Part shown: positions 13,383 to 26,900 of the stretch, in pieces
How positions within the stretch are numbered: position 1 is the stretch's first letter
Layout: each line of letters starts with the position of its first letter
NCBI GenBank assembly: GCA_002269645.1
Contig: NIVC01000647.1
Location: 1 to 64,000, forward strand
Direction of reading: 5' to 3'
Source of the DNA: Macrostomum lignano
Lineage: Eukaryota
Length of the DNA: 64,000 nt
Program-made: the position numbers and the translations under genes
Notes under the pieces: generated by a model
Databases searched by the model: none
Told to the model about the DNA's origin: nothing
What the model saw: only the letters and a program-made list of their open reading frames with translations

Positions 13383-14983
13383 TGATTGAGAAAGGACCGA
13401 TACTTTCCAGCTGATGACGTGAATTATTGCAGCATAAACACTGAGGACCGCTTACCGTTAGTTCGCCTTCCGACAAGATTTGCTAGATTTTATCAATTCA
13501 TCTTTCAGAGAAGGATCCCCTCAGTCTTTGACGATTAATCGCGATAATACGATCCGTCGTCCACGGATGACCACGCAGTCAGCGCCTCTGATACCTGGAC
13601 TGTCTCGCAGATGTCTATCGGTCTTTCTCGGCATCTTTCTCAATCAGATTGGGCTTCCCCATCTCAGACTGCCTGCCTGTTTGCAGAATTATTCTGTTTA
13701 TTTATTTGCAATTGCTTCAACCGTGCGTCAGTCCAGTCCGCGCTCCGAATTCTTTGCGTCTCTGACTGCTAGCGAATGCTTTGTTTAATTCCTTTTTTCT
13801 TGTCGCTTGCAGTTGCTTCCAAGCGGTTTTGCGGATATTCTAACGAATTAACAATAATTGATTACGTAAACTCGTATTTATAAATTCCTTCCTTACTTTC
13901 CTGTGCTACTACTGCGCTAAGACACAAGAAAAAGCAATGATAACTGGTTAACGATGCTGTTTCCCGCGAACATTCGACTGAGCAATGATCTAAAAATATT
14001 GTCAAATGGAAGCCATCTTGTCATTTAAAAATCTTGAGGGAAAAGCATGACACTGGGATGCAAAAATATTCAATAGTTTTTGGTAATTTTCTACTATTTT
14101 TATTTTACCTACAAACGAGTATTATCCAGCAGATTGTTCTGGCGTAAAAAACCATTTAGACGACCTTGATTTTCAAAGTGAATGAAGATAGCAATTAATG
14201 ATATCGAAATGACAAGCTGATGAAAAGTTTTAGTAAAGAGGATTGGGTGAATTAATGTTTATAAAGTGTGTCTATGGTAAAGGTTAATTTGTCGATGGCT
14301 ACGTCCCCACACCCCCGTTTTGTTTATGGCTCAAGTATGTGGAGCTTCGCCCCCACACCTGGCCCAGTTTTGTCTATGGTTCAAGTTCACTCGTGCGGCA
14401 TCATTTCATTTCATTTTGGTATGAATTTAGTGAGTTCAACCTGTATTCATTTGGCCCTCGAAATGGAGGAGTTCTAGTCGGGTATGTCTATGGTTCTGAC
14501 GGCCAAAACAATATGAGAGCTGTGCGGCTGTATTCATAGAAAAATTCAAGTTTAGTACATGCAGAAAATTACACGTGAAATTAGGCCTGAGAAGTTCTCA
14601 TTAGTAGAAAAAATTAAACGCATAAACGAGTCGTACAGGCCGTTGTTCAAAGCGTTTTTAAAGTCCAGACAAGATAAAGTGTTCGTTCAGAGTTGAAAAA
14701 CAGCAAATTCCTATCCCGCTAATACATTTCTAAGCAAACTTTGAACTCCAAAGAACGCCTACTCTCACTATGCAAACCTTTCTACGTTATCTGAGGTGCT
14801 TTAGTTTGATTAAAATTTGTTTAAAGTTGAAGTGTTGAAGAATGAACTCAGCTAGTAATTAGTCTATGGCCTCTGCTGGCAGCTAGGAATAGCATGGAAT
14901 GAAGTTAAAGTCAGCTATATTGGGAAAACAGTGATAACTTTCTCACAGGCATAAGCCTGAATATAATTAACTGGACTTTGAGA

Positions 14984-17900
14984 ATGCCGCGTCACTCCAA
15001 ACATCTCGTAACGACGGGTCGTCTGTCCTCGATGGATCGGCAGGCTCGAGTCCGCGGCGGCAACAATGAACTTCTCGACGAACTCCGACGTCAGAGGCAT
15101 CGGAGACAGCAGCAGAAGGAGCCGGAGCGAATCAGCTTGGCTGACGACTACCTGGCTTCCATGAGCAACGAGGATGAAGGTCTGTACGAAGCCCGGATGC
15201 GGTATCTGCGGAAGGAAAGGCGACCCAGTCAGAGCAGGTGAGATTTAATCACCGATTTTTAGTAGGCTGCCAGCGAAGGTTTCTTAGCATTGTTGCGATC
15301 ATGCAGAGAAGCGTGGCTGAGTCTCTTGATTCCTGAGAAGGACTCATCCTCCTTATACTAAAAGTGATGCGTTGTTTGTTTGTCTGTATGTGTGTTGCAA
15401 TTTTTCTCCTAAACTACTGGCAAGTCAGCGTTGAAACTTATATGGGTAAACTGCAAATTTTCCGGACTGGGTTTATAGCAATTTTAATCTTTCATTTTTA
15501 CATTTTAAGATCCCTAAAAAAGCAGAAAACTGATTTCCTAACCTTCTTTGGCCCTTCTGTGGCCACTCTGCCTCTCCAGTGGAGGGGTTGCAGTCTGTTT
15601 GTAAAAATAGCCACCCCAACCTCCGCCCGCGGGTCGCTGTGTTTTTTGGGGGGGGGGGGGGTGGGTGCGCGTGTTCTGCGTTAAATGCAAAACCCCCGCG
15701 TGTTGGGGGGTTCAATTAAATTTAACGATTCCCCCGGAATGGGGGGTTGGGCTTGGGCTGAGTGTACATAGCAGTTGTACAGTGTAAGGAGATAGCTAGG
15801 ACTGTGTCGAGATTTAATTGGTTTTATTATCGGCGCCATTCAATAGGCAGCCATGTGTATTTGCTGGGCAGTGAAATTCAATGAATAAACTTGCGAGCCT
15901 CTTTAGCAGGTAGTGAACATACACTCGATACTTCAATGCTTTAAATCGGGAAATTTCAAACGCTAACTATTCCTTGAGTTTTAAACTTTCAGAGAGACTT
16001 ATATTGCTGGAAAGATCTTGCAATACTGAGTTCGGGGATATAAGTTGTTTGCTTTAAATGTGAAAACAAAAAAGCACAGCATTTAAAAAACAATTTCCAT
16101 ACTTTTAACTTTCTGCAGAGTGTACTCATTTTGGGTTCAAAGGGGGTTCGACCAACCCCCAACAGTTGGAGGGGAGTTCAACTTTTAATTGCCACTGCGT
16201 ATTGGAAGGGGGTCAGTCGCTGTGTATTGGAGGGTTGATTTAGTTTGCGCAATCTTTTTGTTAACTTTAACTGAGACTGATACTGACTGACTGTTAAATC
16301 GGTTGCGCAATGAATTGATTCAATTAGTTCAATTTTTTATCGACGCCTTTCAACACACTGCTGCGTGTAGCTCTAACCCTAACCCTAACCCTAACCCTAA
16401 CCACTGAATCCTGAGAGTTGATTCTTTTTGACGGAGAAAATTTCGATTCAGTCCATTTTTATGGAGAGAATTTCTGTTTTGCGGAGACGATTTTAATGGA
16501 TGTCAGTTTCACGGAGAGGTGTTTGATGGAGTTCTCTTTTACGGAGAGGATTTCGATGATGTTCAATTTCGCGGAGAGGAGTTGGATGATGGGTTTCATG
16601 GAATGGCATTTCAGGGAATGGAGTTCCGGTGATGGGAATTCTTCCCCTTTCTCCTCCAGAGGAGGAGTTGGCCTCGTATATACTAAAAATGAGTTGTCTG
16701 TGGGTAGGTAGGTATGCGATAGATTTCAGAAAAAATGGCTCAACCGATTTTCTTCAAACTTGCACCATTCGATCAGAAATTTTCCTGGGATGGTACATGC
16801 ATATTGGCTAAGAAATTGCTCAATGTTAAAGGGATTAAATATTCGAAAAACATGCTTTTTTGCAAAGGTCAAGCAGCTCTTTCGACCTGAAATGCGTTGT
16901 AAGAATGCTAGAGAAAAAACTGACTGACTGAATTCCGATTGTGATAAAGATTGCATCACAACAAGTTGAAAACAGTACCGAAGAAATGCACACACGACTT
17001 GATTTAAATTGCGTAACCAATATTGCTAACTTGAATTGAGACTGATACTGGCTGACTGAGAAATTGATTATGTCATAACTTTTTACTCTATTTTACTCTA
17101 ATTGACTTGCTGTAAGAATTAAATTATAAGGGCCACAATGCATGTTCTCCAATTAAAAAGGGATAGCCTCGATGCGAGCAGACTGGACTGCTAATGTAGC
17201 GGCCTGGGTTCGAATCTTAGTAGTGCAAAATAATTTTTTTATTAAAAAACCTTAAAGACACAAAATGCAAAACATAAAAGAGCCACCATGTAAAACATAA
17301 AAGAGCCACCATGTCAAACATATATGTGACTCCATGTCAAACATATACGTGACTCCATGTCGAGCATTAAAGAGCTACCATGTCAAAACATTAAAGAGCC
17401 ACTATGTCGAACATTAAAGAGCCACCATGTCAAACATTAAAGAGCCACTATGTCAAACATTAAAGAGCCACCATGTAAAACATAAAAGAACCACCATGTC
17501 AAACATACAGAGCCACCATGTCAAACACTAAAGAGCCAACATGTCGAAGATTAAAGAGCCACCATGTCAAACATTAAAGGGCCACCATGTCGAACACTAA
17601 AGAGCCACCATTTCAAAAACTAAAGAGCCACCGTGTCAAACATTAAAGAGCCACCATGTCAAACATATATGTGACTCCATGTCAAACATAAAAGAGCCAC
17701 CATGTAAAACAATAAAGAGCGACTATGTCGAACATTAGAGAGCCACCATGTCGAACATAAAAGAGCCACAATGTCGAACATTAAAAAGCCACCATGTCAA
17801 ACACTAAAGAGCCACCATGTCAAACACTAAAGAGCCACCATGTCGAACATAAAAGAGCCATGATTTTGAACATTAAAGAGCCACCATGTCAAACATATAA

Positions 17901-20900
17901 GAACCACCATGTCGAACATATATGTGACTCCATGTCAAACATAAAGAGCCACCATGTCGAAGATTAAAGAGCCACCATGTCAAACATAAGAGCCACCATG
18001 TCGAAGATTAAAGAGCCACCATGTCAAACATAAGAGCCACCATGTTGAAGATTAAAGAGCCACCATGTCAAACATAAAAGAACCACTATGTCAAACATAA
18101 AAGAACCACCATGTCAAACATAAAAGAGCCACCATGTAAAACAATAAAGAGCCACCATGTCAAACATACAGAGCCACCATGTCAAACACTAAATAGCCAC
18201 CATGTCAAACAATACAGAGCCACCATGTCGAACATTAAAGAGCCATGATTTTGAACATTAAAGAGCCACCATGTCGAACATATGTGACTCCATGTCAAAC
18301 ATAAGGAGCCACCATGTTAAAGATTAAAGAGCCACCATGTCAAACATAAGAGCCACTATGTCAAACATTAAAGAGCCACCATGTCAAACATGAAAGAACC
18401 ACCATGTCGAACATATATGTGACTCCATGTCAAACATAAAGAGCCACCATGTCAAACACTAAAGAGCCAACATGTCGAAGATTAAAGACTCACCATTTCA
18501 AACATTAAAGGGCCACCATGTCGAACACTAAAGAGCCAGCACTTCAAAAACTAAAGAGCCACCATTTCAAACATTAAAGAGCCACCATGTCAAACATATA
18601 TGTGACTCCATGTCAAACATATATGTGACTCCATGTCAAACATAAAAGAGCCACCATGTAAAACAATAAAGAGCCACTATGTCAAACATTAAAGAGCCAC
18701 CATGTCGAACATAAAAGGGCCACAATGTTGAACATATACGTGGCTCCCTGCCAAACATAAAAGATCCACCATGTCAAACGTTATTGAGCCACCATGTCAA
18801 ACATAAAAGAGACACCATTTCAAATGTAAAAAAGCTTCATACCAAACATAAGGGAGCCACTATAAAAGCTTAGGATATTATTGCACTAGCTACTTGTTTT
18901 CTCGGTGGATGCTTGCTATTTAAGGATAGATTATTGCTAGCTCGTATTAGGGGGATGCTTGCTATCGGAAGGATGCTTGCTATCTGGGGTAACCCAATTT
19001 TGGAGGATGCTTTCTCTCGGGGTGGAGGGTACTTTCTATCTGAGAGGGGGTGCTATAGCTATCTATAAGGATTCTTTGTATATAGGGATGCTTGCTATCT
19101 GGGTGGATTCTTGCTATCTGGGGGATGCTTGCTATCTGGGGGGATTCTTGCTATCTGGGGGATGCTTGTCAAACTCCATGTCAAACATATACGTGACTCC
19201 ATATCAAACATATTCGTGACTCCATGTCAAACATAAAAAAGCCACCATGTCGAACATTAAAGAGCCACCATGTCGAACATTAAAGAGCCACCATGTCAAA
19301 CATAAAAGAGCTACCATGTCAAAAATAAAAGAACCACCACGTCATACACATAAAAGAGCCACCATGTCAAACATTATTGAGCCACCATGTCAAACATAAA
19401 AGAGACACCAAGTCAAACAAAAAAAGACAAAATTTGAAACGAAAAAAAAGAAGCGTCATGCTAAACAAAATGGAGCCATCAAACATATTCGTGACTCCAT
19501 GTCAAACATTAAAGAGCCACCATGTCAAACATTTAAAAGCCACCATGTCAAACATTAAAGAGCCACCATGTAAAACATTAAAAAGCCACTATGTCAAACA
19601 TTAAAAAGCCACTATGTCAAACATATACGTGATCCCAAGTCAAAAATAAAAGGGCCAACATGTCAATCATAACAGAGACTCCATTTCAAACGTAAAAGAG
19701 CCGCCATAGCAAACATAGAAGAGCCACCATGTAGACATTAAACAGCTACCATGTCAAACATGGAAGAGCCACCATGTCAAACATTAAGAAGCTATCATGC
19801 CATACATTAAAGAGCCACTATGTCAGACATAAGAGAGCCACCATGTTAAACATTAAAGAGCTACCATGTCGAACATAAAAGAGCTACCCCATGTCAGACA
19901 TAAAAGAGCCAACCATGTCAAACATAAAAGAGCCACCATGTCAAATATTAAAGAGCCACCTTTTTAAACAAAAAGAGACACCATTTCAAACATAAAAGAA
20001 TATTCATGCCAAACAAAATGGAACCATTATAAAGCTAAGTAAATTGTTGCACTAGCTACTTGTTACCTGGTGGATGCTTGCTATTTAAGGATGGATACTT
20101 GCTATCATGGGGATGCTTGCTCTTGGGGGTGGGGAGTACTTGCTATCTGAGAGGGGGTTGCTAGATATCTATAAGGTCTTTTTGTATCCAGGTTATGCTT
20201 GCTATCAGGGGTTGCTTGCGATCTGGGGGATGCTTGCTGTCTGGGGGATGCTTGCTATCTGGGGGATGCTTGCTGTCTGGGGGATGCTTGCTATCTGGGG
20301 GATGCTTGCTGTCTGGGGGATGCTTGCTATCTGCGGGATGCTTGCTATCTGGGGATGCTTGCTGTCTGGGGGATGCTTGCTATCTGGGGGATGCTTGCTA
20401 TCTGGGGGATGCTTGCTATCTGCGGGATGCTTGCTATCTGGGGGATGCTTGCTATCTGGGGGATGCTTGCTATCTGGGGGATGCTTGCTATCTGCGGGAT
20501 GCTTGCTATCTGGGGGATGCTTGCTGTCTTGGGATGTTTTGTTTTTAAGAGGGATGTCAGTTGTTTTTTTATAAAGGCTTTATTTCGCTGTTTATTTGTT
20601 ATTTGTAAAGAACAAGGATTCTATCCAGATGTCCCCCATCGGGGGGCAAAGATTGCTAGTCCTATATACTAAAAATGAGTTGTCTGTGGGTATGCGATAG
20701 ATTTCAGAAAAATTGGCTCAACCGATTTTCTTCAAACTTGCACCATTCGATCAGAAATTTTCCTGGGACGGTACATGCATCTTGGCTAAGAAATTGCTCA
20801 ATGTTAAAGGGATTAAATATTCGAAAAACATGCTTTTTTGCAAAGGTCAAGCCAAATTTTCGACTTGAAATGCATTGTAAGAATGCTAGAGAAAAAACTG

Positions 20901-23900
20901 ACTGACTGAATTCCAATTCTGATAAAGATTGCATCACAACAAGTTGAAAACAGTGCCGAAAAAATGCACACACGACATGATTTAAATTGCGTAACCATAT
21001 TGCTAACTTAAATTGAGACTGATACTGGCTGACTGAGAAATTGATTATGTCATAACTTTTTACTCCAATTGACTTGCTGAAAGAATTGAATTATAAGGGT
21101 CACAATTTATGTTCTCCAACTAAAAAGAGATAGCCCTGATGCAAACAGACTGGAATGCTAATGTAGCGACCTGGGTTCGAATCTTAGTAGTGCAAAAAGA
21201 TTTTTTTATTAAAACACCTTAAAAACACAACAAAACTGCTAAACATCAAAGAAGCGCACTGTCAAACATAGAAGAGCCAACATATCGAACATAAAAGAGT
21301 TACCATGTCAAACATAAAAGAGCCACCATGTCAAACATAAAAGACCCACCATGTCAAACATAAAAGACCCACTATGTCAAACATAAAAGAGCCACCATTT
21401 CCAACATTAAAGAGCCACCATTTCCAACATTAAAGAGCCACCATTTTGAACATTAAAGAGCCACCATTTTAAACATTAAAGAGCCACCATGTCGAACATT
21501 AAAGAGCCCCCATGTCGAACATTAAAGAGCCAACATGTCAAACATTTAAGAGCTACCATGTCAAACATTTAAGAGCCACCATGTCAAACATTTAAGAGCC
21601 ACCATGTCAAACATTTAAGAGCCACCATGTCAAACATTTAAGAGCCACCATGTCAAACATATATGTGACTTTATGTCAAACATTCAAGAGGCACCATGTC
21701 AAACATATATGTGACTTTATGTCAAACATTAAAGAGCCACCATTTCGAACATTTAAGAGCCACCATGTCGAACATAAAAGAGCCAACATGTCAAACATTT
21801 AAGAGCTACCATGTCAAACATTTAAGAGCCACCATGTCAAACATTTAAGAGCCACCATGTCAAACATTTAAGAGCCACCATGTCAAACATTTAAGAGCCA
21901 CCATGTCAAACATATATGTGACTTTATGTCAAACATTAAAGAGCCACCATTTCAAAAACTAAAGAGCCACATTGTCAAACATTAAAGAGCCACTATGTCT
22001 ACCATAAAAGAGCTATACCATGAAGAACATTAAAGAGCCACCATGTCAAACATAAAAGAGCCACCATGTAGAATATTAAAGAGCCCCATGTGAAACATAA
22101 AAGAGCCACCATGTCAAACATTTAAGAGCCCCCATGTCAAACATATATGTGACTTTATGTCAAACATTAAAGAGCCACCATGTCGAACGTTAAAGTGCCA
22201 CTATGTGTAACATAAAAGAGCTACATCATGAAGAACATTAAAGAGCCACCATGTTAAACATTAAAGAGCCACCATGTGAAACATTAAAGAGCCACCATGT
22301 GAAACATTAAAGAGCCACCATGTCAAACATTTAAGAGCTACCATGTCAAACCTAAAAGAGCCACCATGTCGAACATAAAAGAGCCACCATTTCAAACATT
22401 GAAGAGCCACATTGTCAAACATTAAAGAGCCACTATGTCTACCATAAAAGAGCTATACCATGAAGAACATTAAAGAGCCACCATGTCAAACATAAAAGAG
22501 CCACCATGTAGAATATTAAAGAGCCCCATGTGAAACATTAAAGAGCCACCATGTCGAACATAAAAGAGCCACCATGTCAAACATTTAAGAGCCACCATGT
22601 CAAACATATATGTGACTTTATGTCAAACATTAAAGAGCAACCATGTCGAACGTTTAAGTGCCACTATGTGTAACATAAAAGAGCTACATCATGAAGAACA
22701 TTAAAGAGCCACCATGTTAAACATTAAAGAGCCACCATGTGAAACATTAAAGAGCCACCATGTGAAACATTAAAGAGCCACCATGTCAAACATTTAAGAG
22801 CTACCATGTCAAACCTAAAAGAGCCACCATGTAGAATATTAAAGAGCCCCATGTGAAACACTAAAGAGCCACCATGTCGAACATAAAAGAGCCACCATGT
22901 GAAACATTAAAGAGCCACCATGTCAAACAATTAAGAGCCACCATGTCAAACATTAAAGAGCCACTATGTCGAACATTAAAGAGCCACCATGTCAGACATT
23001 AAAAAGCCACCGTATCAAACATAAAAGACTTACCATGTAGAACAAAAAAGAGCCACCATGTCGAACAAAAAAGAGCCACCATGAAGAACATTAAGGAGCT
23101 ACCATTTTGAACATTAAAGAGCCACCATGTCGAACATTAGAGAGCCACCATGTTAGATATTAAAAAGAGCCACCATGTCGAACATAAAAGAGCCACCATG
23201 TCAAACATTTAAGAGCCACCATGTCAAAAATATATGTGACTTTATGTCAAACATTAAAGAGCCACCATGTCGAACATTAAAGATCCACCATGTCAAACAT
23301 TAAAGAGCCACCATGTAAAACATTAAAGGGCCACCATGTAGAACATTAAAGAGCCACCATGTCGAACATTAAAGAGCCACCATGTCAAACATTAAATAAC
23401 CACCATGTCGAACATTAAAGAACCACCATGTCAAACATTAGAGAGCCACCATGTAAAACATTAAAGAGCCACCATGTCAAACATGTATGTGACTTTATGT
23501 CAAACATTAAAGAGCCACCATGTAAAACATAAAAGAGCCACCATGTCGAACAGTAAAAAGCCACCATGTCGCTTGCTATCTGGGGGTGCTTGCTATCTGG
23601 TGGTGCTTGCTATCTGGGGGTGCTTGCTATCTGGAAGTGCTTGCTATCTGGGGGTGCTTGCTATCTGGAAGTGCTTGCTATCTGGGGGTGCCTGCTATCT
23701 GTGGTGCCTGCTATCTGGGGGTGCTTGCTATCTGGGGGTGCTTGCTATCTGGGGGTGCCTGTTATCTGGGAGAGCCTGCTATCTGGGGATGCTTGCTATC
23801 TGGTGGTGCTTGCTATCTGGGGGTGCTTGCTATCTGGAAGTGCTTGCTATCTGGGGGTGCTTGCTATCTGGAAGTGCTTGCTATCTGGGGGTGCCTGCTA

Positions 23901-26900
23901 TCTGGGGTGCCTGCTATCTGGGGGTGCTTGCTATCTGGGGGTGCTTGCTATCTGGGGGTGCCTGTTATCTGGGGGTGCCTGCTATCTGGGGGTGCCTGCT
24001 ATCTGGGGGGTGCTTGCTAACTGGGGGTGCCTGCTATCTGGGGGGGGGGTGCTTGCTATCTGGAGGTGCTTGCTATCTGAGGGGATGCTTGCTGTCTTAG
24101 GATGTTTTCTTTTTGCATTGCACTTCATCTGAGCAGTTTTTCTATTGACTATGTGAAGGCTTTGTTTGGTTATCTTATTGATACTTGTAGAGAACAGAGA
24201 TTCTATCTAGATGTCCCCCATCGGGGGGCGAAGATTGCTAGTCCATATACTAAAAATGGTCTGTCGGTATGTGTGTGTGTGTGTGTGTGTGTGATCGATT
24301 TTAGCAAAAATGGCTCAACCGATTTTCTTCGAACTTGCAACATTCGATCAGAAATTTTTCCGTGACGGTACATGCATCGTGGCTAAGAAATTGCTCAATG
24401 CTAAAGGGATTAAATATTCGAAAAACATGCTTTTTTGCAAAGGTCAAGCAGCTCTTTCGACTTGAAATGCATTGTAAGAATGCTAGAGAAAAAACTGACT
24501 GGTTGATTGAATTCTGATTCTGAAATAGATTGCATCATCACAATAGGCTTTTATTTATCGTCTGTGTACTGGCTGAATTTTGACACTTAATTGAATTACG
24601 TCACAGTATCGAAAACGCAGTGTGGAAGCATAGCACAATACTTGATTTATCTTGCGTAACCATATAGCTAACTTTAATAGACTGGTACTGACTTGCCTAA
24701 GAAATTGATTATGTCATAACTGCCTCATGTAACTTTTACTCAATTGACTTGGTGTGAGTGTTGAATTATAAGTGCTACAAATTCATTTAATTTCAGTGAG
24801 AGCTAGCCTAGATGTAAACAAACTGGACTACTAATGTAGCTACCTGGGTTCGAATCTTAGTAGTGTATAAAAGAATAAAAGTAGCATAAATTTTTTATTG
24901 AAAGCTTTTATTAAAAAACTAATTAAAAAGACCTGGGTTATGGATTGTAAACCAAGGATTATTGCACTTGATAAACCAAGGATTATTGCACTTGATAGAC
25001 CAAGGATTACTGCACTTGATAAAACAAGGATTATTGCACTTGATAAACCAAGGATTATTGCACTTGATAAACCAAGGATTATTGCACTTGATAGGCCAAG
25101 GATTACTGCACTTGATAAACCAAGGATTATTGCACTTGATAAACCAAGGATTATTGCACTTGATAAGCCAAGGATTATTGCACTTGATAAGCCAAGGATT
25201 ATTGCACTTGATAAGCCAAGGATTACTGCGCTTGATAAACCAAGGATTACTGCACTTGATAAACCAAGGATTACTGCACTTGATAAGCCAAGGATTTCTG
25301 CACTTGATAAACCAAGACTTATTGCACTTGATAAACTAATGATTACTTCACTGGATAAACCAAGACTTACGGCACTTTATAAACCAAGGATTACTGCACT
25401 TGATAAACCAAGGATTATTGCACTTGATAAACCAATGATTATTGCACTTGATAAGCCAATGATTATAGCACTCGATAAGCCAAGGATTACTGCACTTGAT
25501 AAGCCAAGGATTATTGCACTCAATAAGCCAAGGATTACTGCACTTGATAAACCAAGGATTACTGCACTTTATAAGCCAATGATTACTACACTTGATAAAC
25601 CAAGGATTATTGCACTTGATAAACCAAGGACTACTGCGCTTGATAAACAAAGGATTACTGCACTTGATAAGCCAAGGATTATTGCACTTGATAAACCAAG
25701 ATATACTGTACATGATAAGCCAAGGATTACTGCACTTGATAAACCAAGACTTACTGCACTTGATAAACCAAGGATTTCTGCATTCGATAGGCCAGAACTT
25801 ACTGCACTTGATAAGCCAAGGATTACTGCACTTGATAAACCAGTGATTACTGCACTTGATTAACCAAGAGTTACTGCACTTGATAAACCAAGGATTACTG
25901 CACTTGATAAACCAAGACTTACTGCACTTGTTAGACCAAGGCTTACTGTACTTGATTAACCAAGGATTTCTGCACTTGATAAAGGAAGGATTACTGCAGT
26001 TGATAAGCCAAAGATGACTTCGCTTGATAAGTCAAAGATTTCTGCACTTGATAAACCAAGACTTACTGCACTTGATAAACCAAGGATTACTGTAGTTTAT
26101 ATACCAAGAATTACTGCACTTGATAAACCAAGGATTTCTGCACCTGATAGACCAATGATTACTGCACTTGATAGACCAAGGCTTTACTGCACTTGATAAA
26201 CCAAGGATTACTGCGCTTGGCAAACAAAGGATTACTGCGCTTGATAAGCTTGGCTACATGTATGGGATTCTTTCTATCTAGGGATGTTTGCTTTTTATGG
26301 ATTCTTGCTAACTGGGTGGATGCTTGCTATCTGGGGGATGCTTGCTGTCTGGGTGGATGCTTCTACAATATCTGGGGGGGGGGTGCTTGGTATCTGCAGG
26401 ATGCTTGCTGTCTGGGTGGATGCTTGCTATCTGGGGGATGCTTGCTGTCTGGGGGATGCTTGCTGTCTGGGTGGATGCTTCTACAATATTTGGGGGATGC
26501 TTGCTATCTAGCTGGATGCTTCTACAATATTTGGGGGATGCTTGCTATCTAGCTGGATGCTTCTACAATATTTGGGGGATGCTTGCTATCTGCAGATGCT
26601 TGCTATCTGGGTGGATGCTTCTACAATATTTGGGGGATGCTTGCTATCTGGGTGGATGCTTCTACAATATTTGTGGGATGCTTGCTATCTGGGTGGATTA
26701 TTCTACAATTTTCGGGAAATGCTTGGTGTCTGCAGGATGCTCGCTCTCTGGGTGGATGCTTGCTACGAGTATTAGGGGATGCTTGCTATCTGCGGTTGCT
26801 TACTTTTGGAGGGGGTGCTTGCTATCTGGAGGGATGCTTGCTGTCTTTGGAATATTTTCTATTTAGGGGTAGGTAATGTCTATTATCTTTGTGAAAGTTA

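Larger units (their letters stand above)
16674..20659 (+). mobile_element. Non-autonomous Helitron-like unit 1
   Basis: Starts TCGTATATACTAAAAATG. Ends with hairpin GTCCCCCATCGGGGGGC, then CTAG at 20656-20659. About 600 bp of 5' sequence is shared with units 2 and 3. Confidence 0.7.

Noticed and set aside
24898-25863. 321-aa KPRITALD repeat ORF
   Set aside because: Stop-free frame of a 24-bp satellite inside a Helitron-like unit; it lacks an ATG start and the same array hits a stop just downstream.
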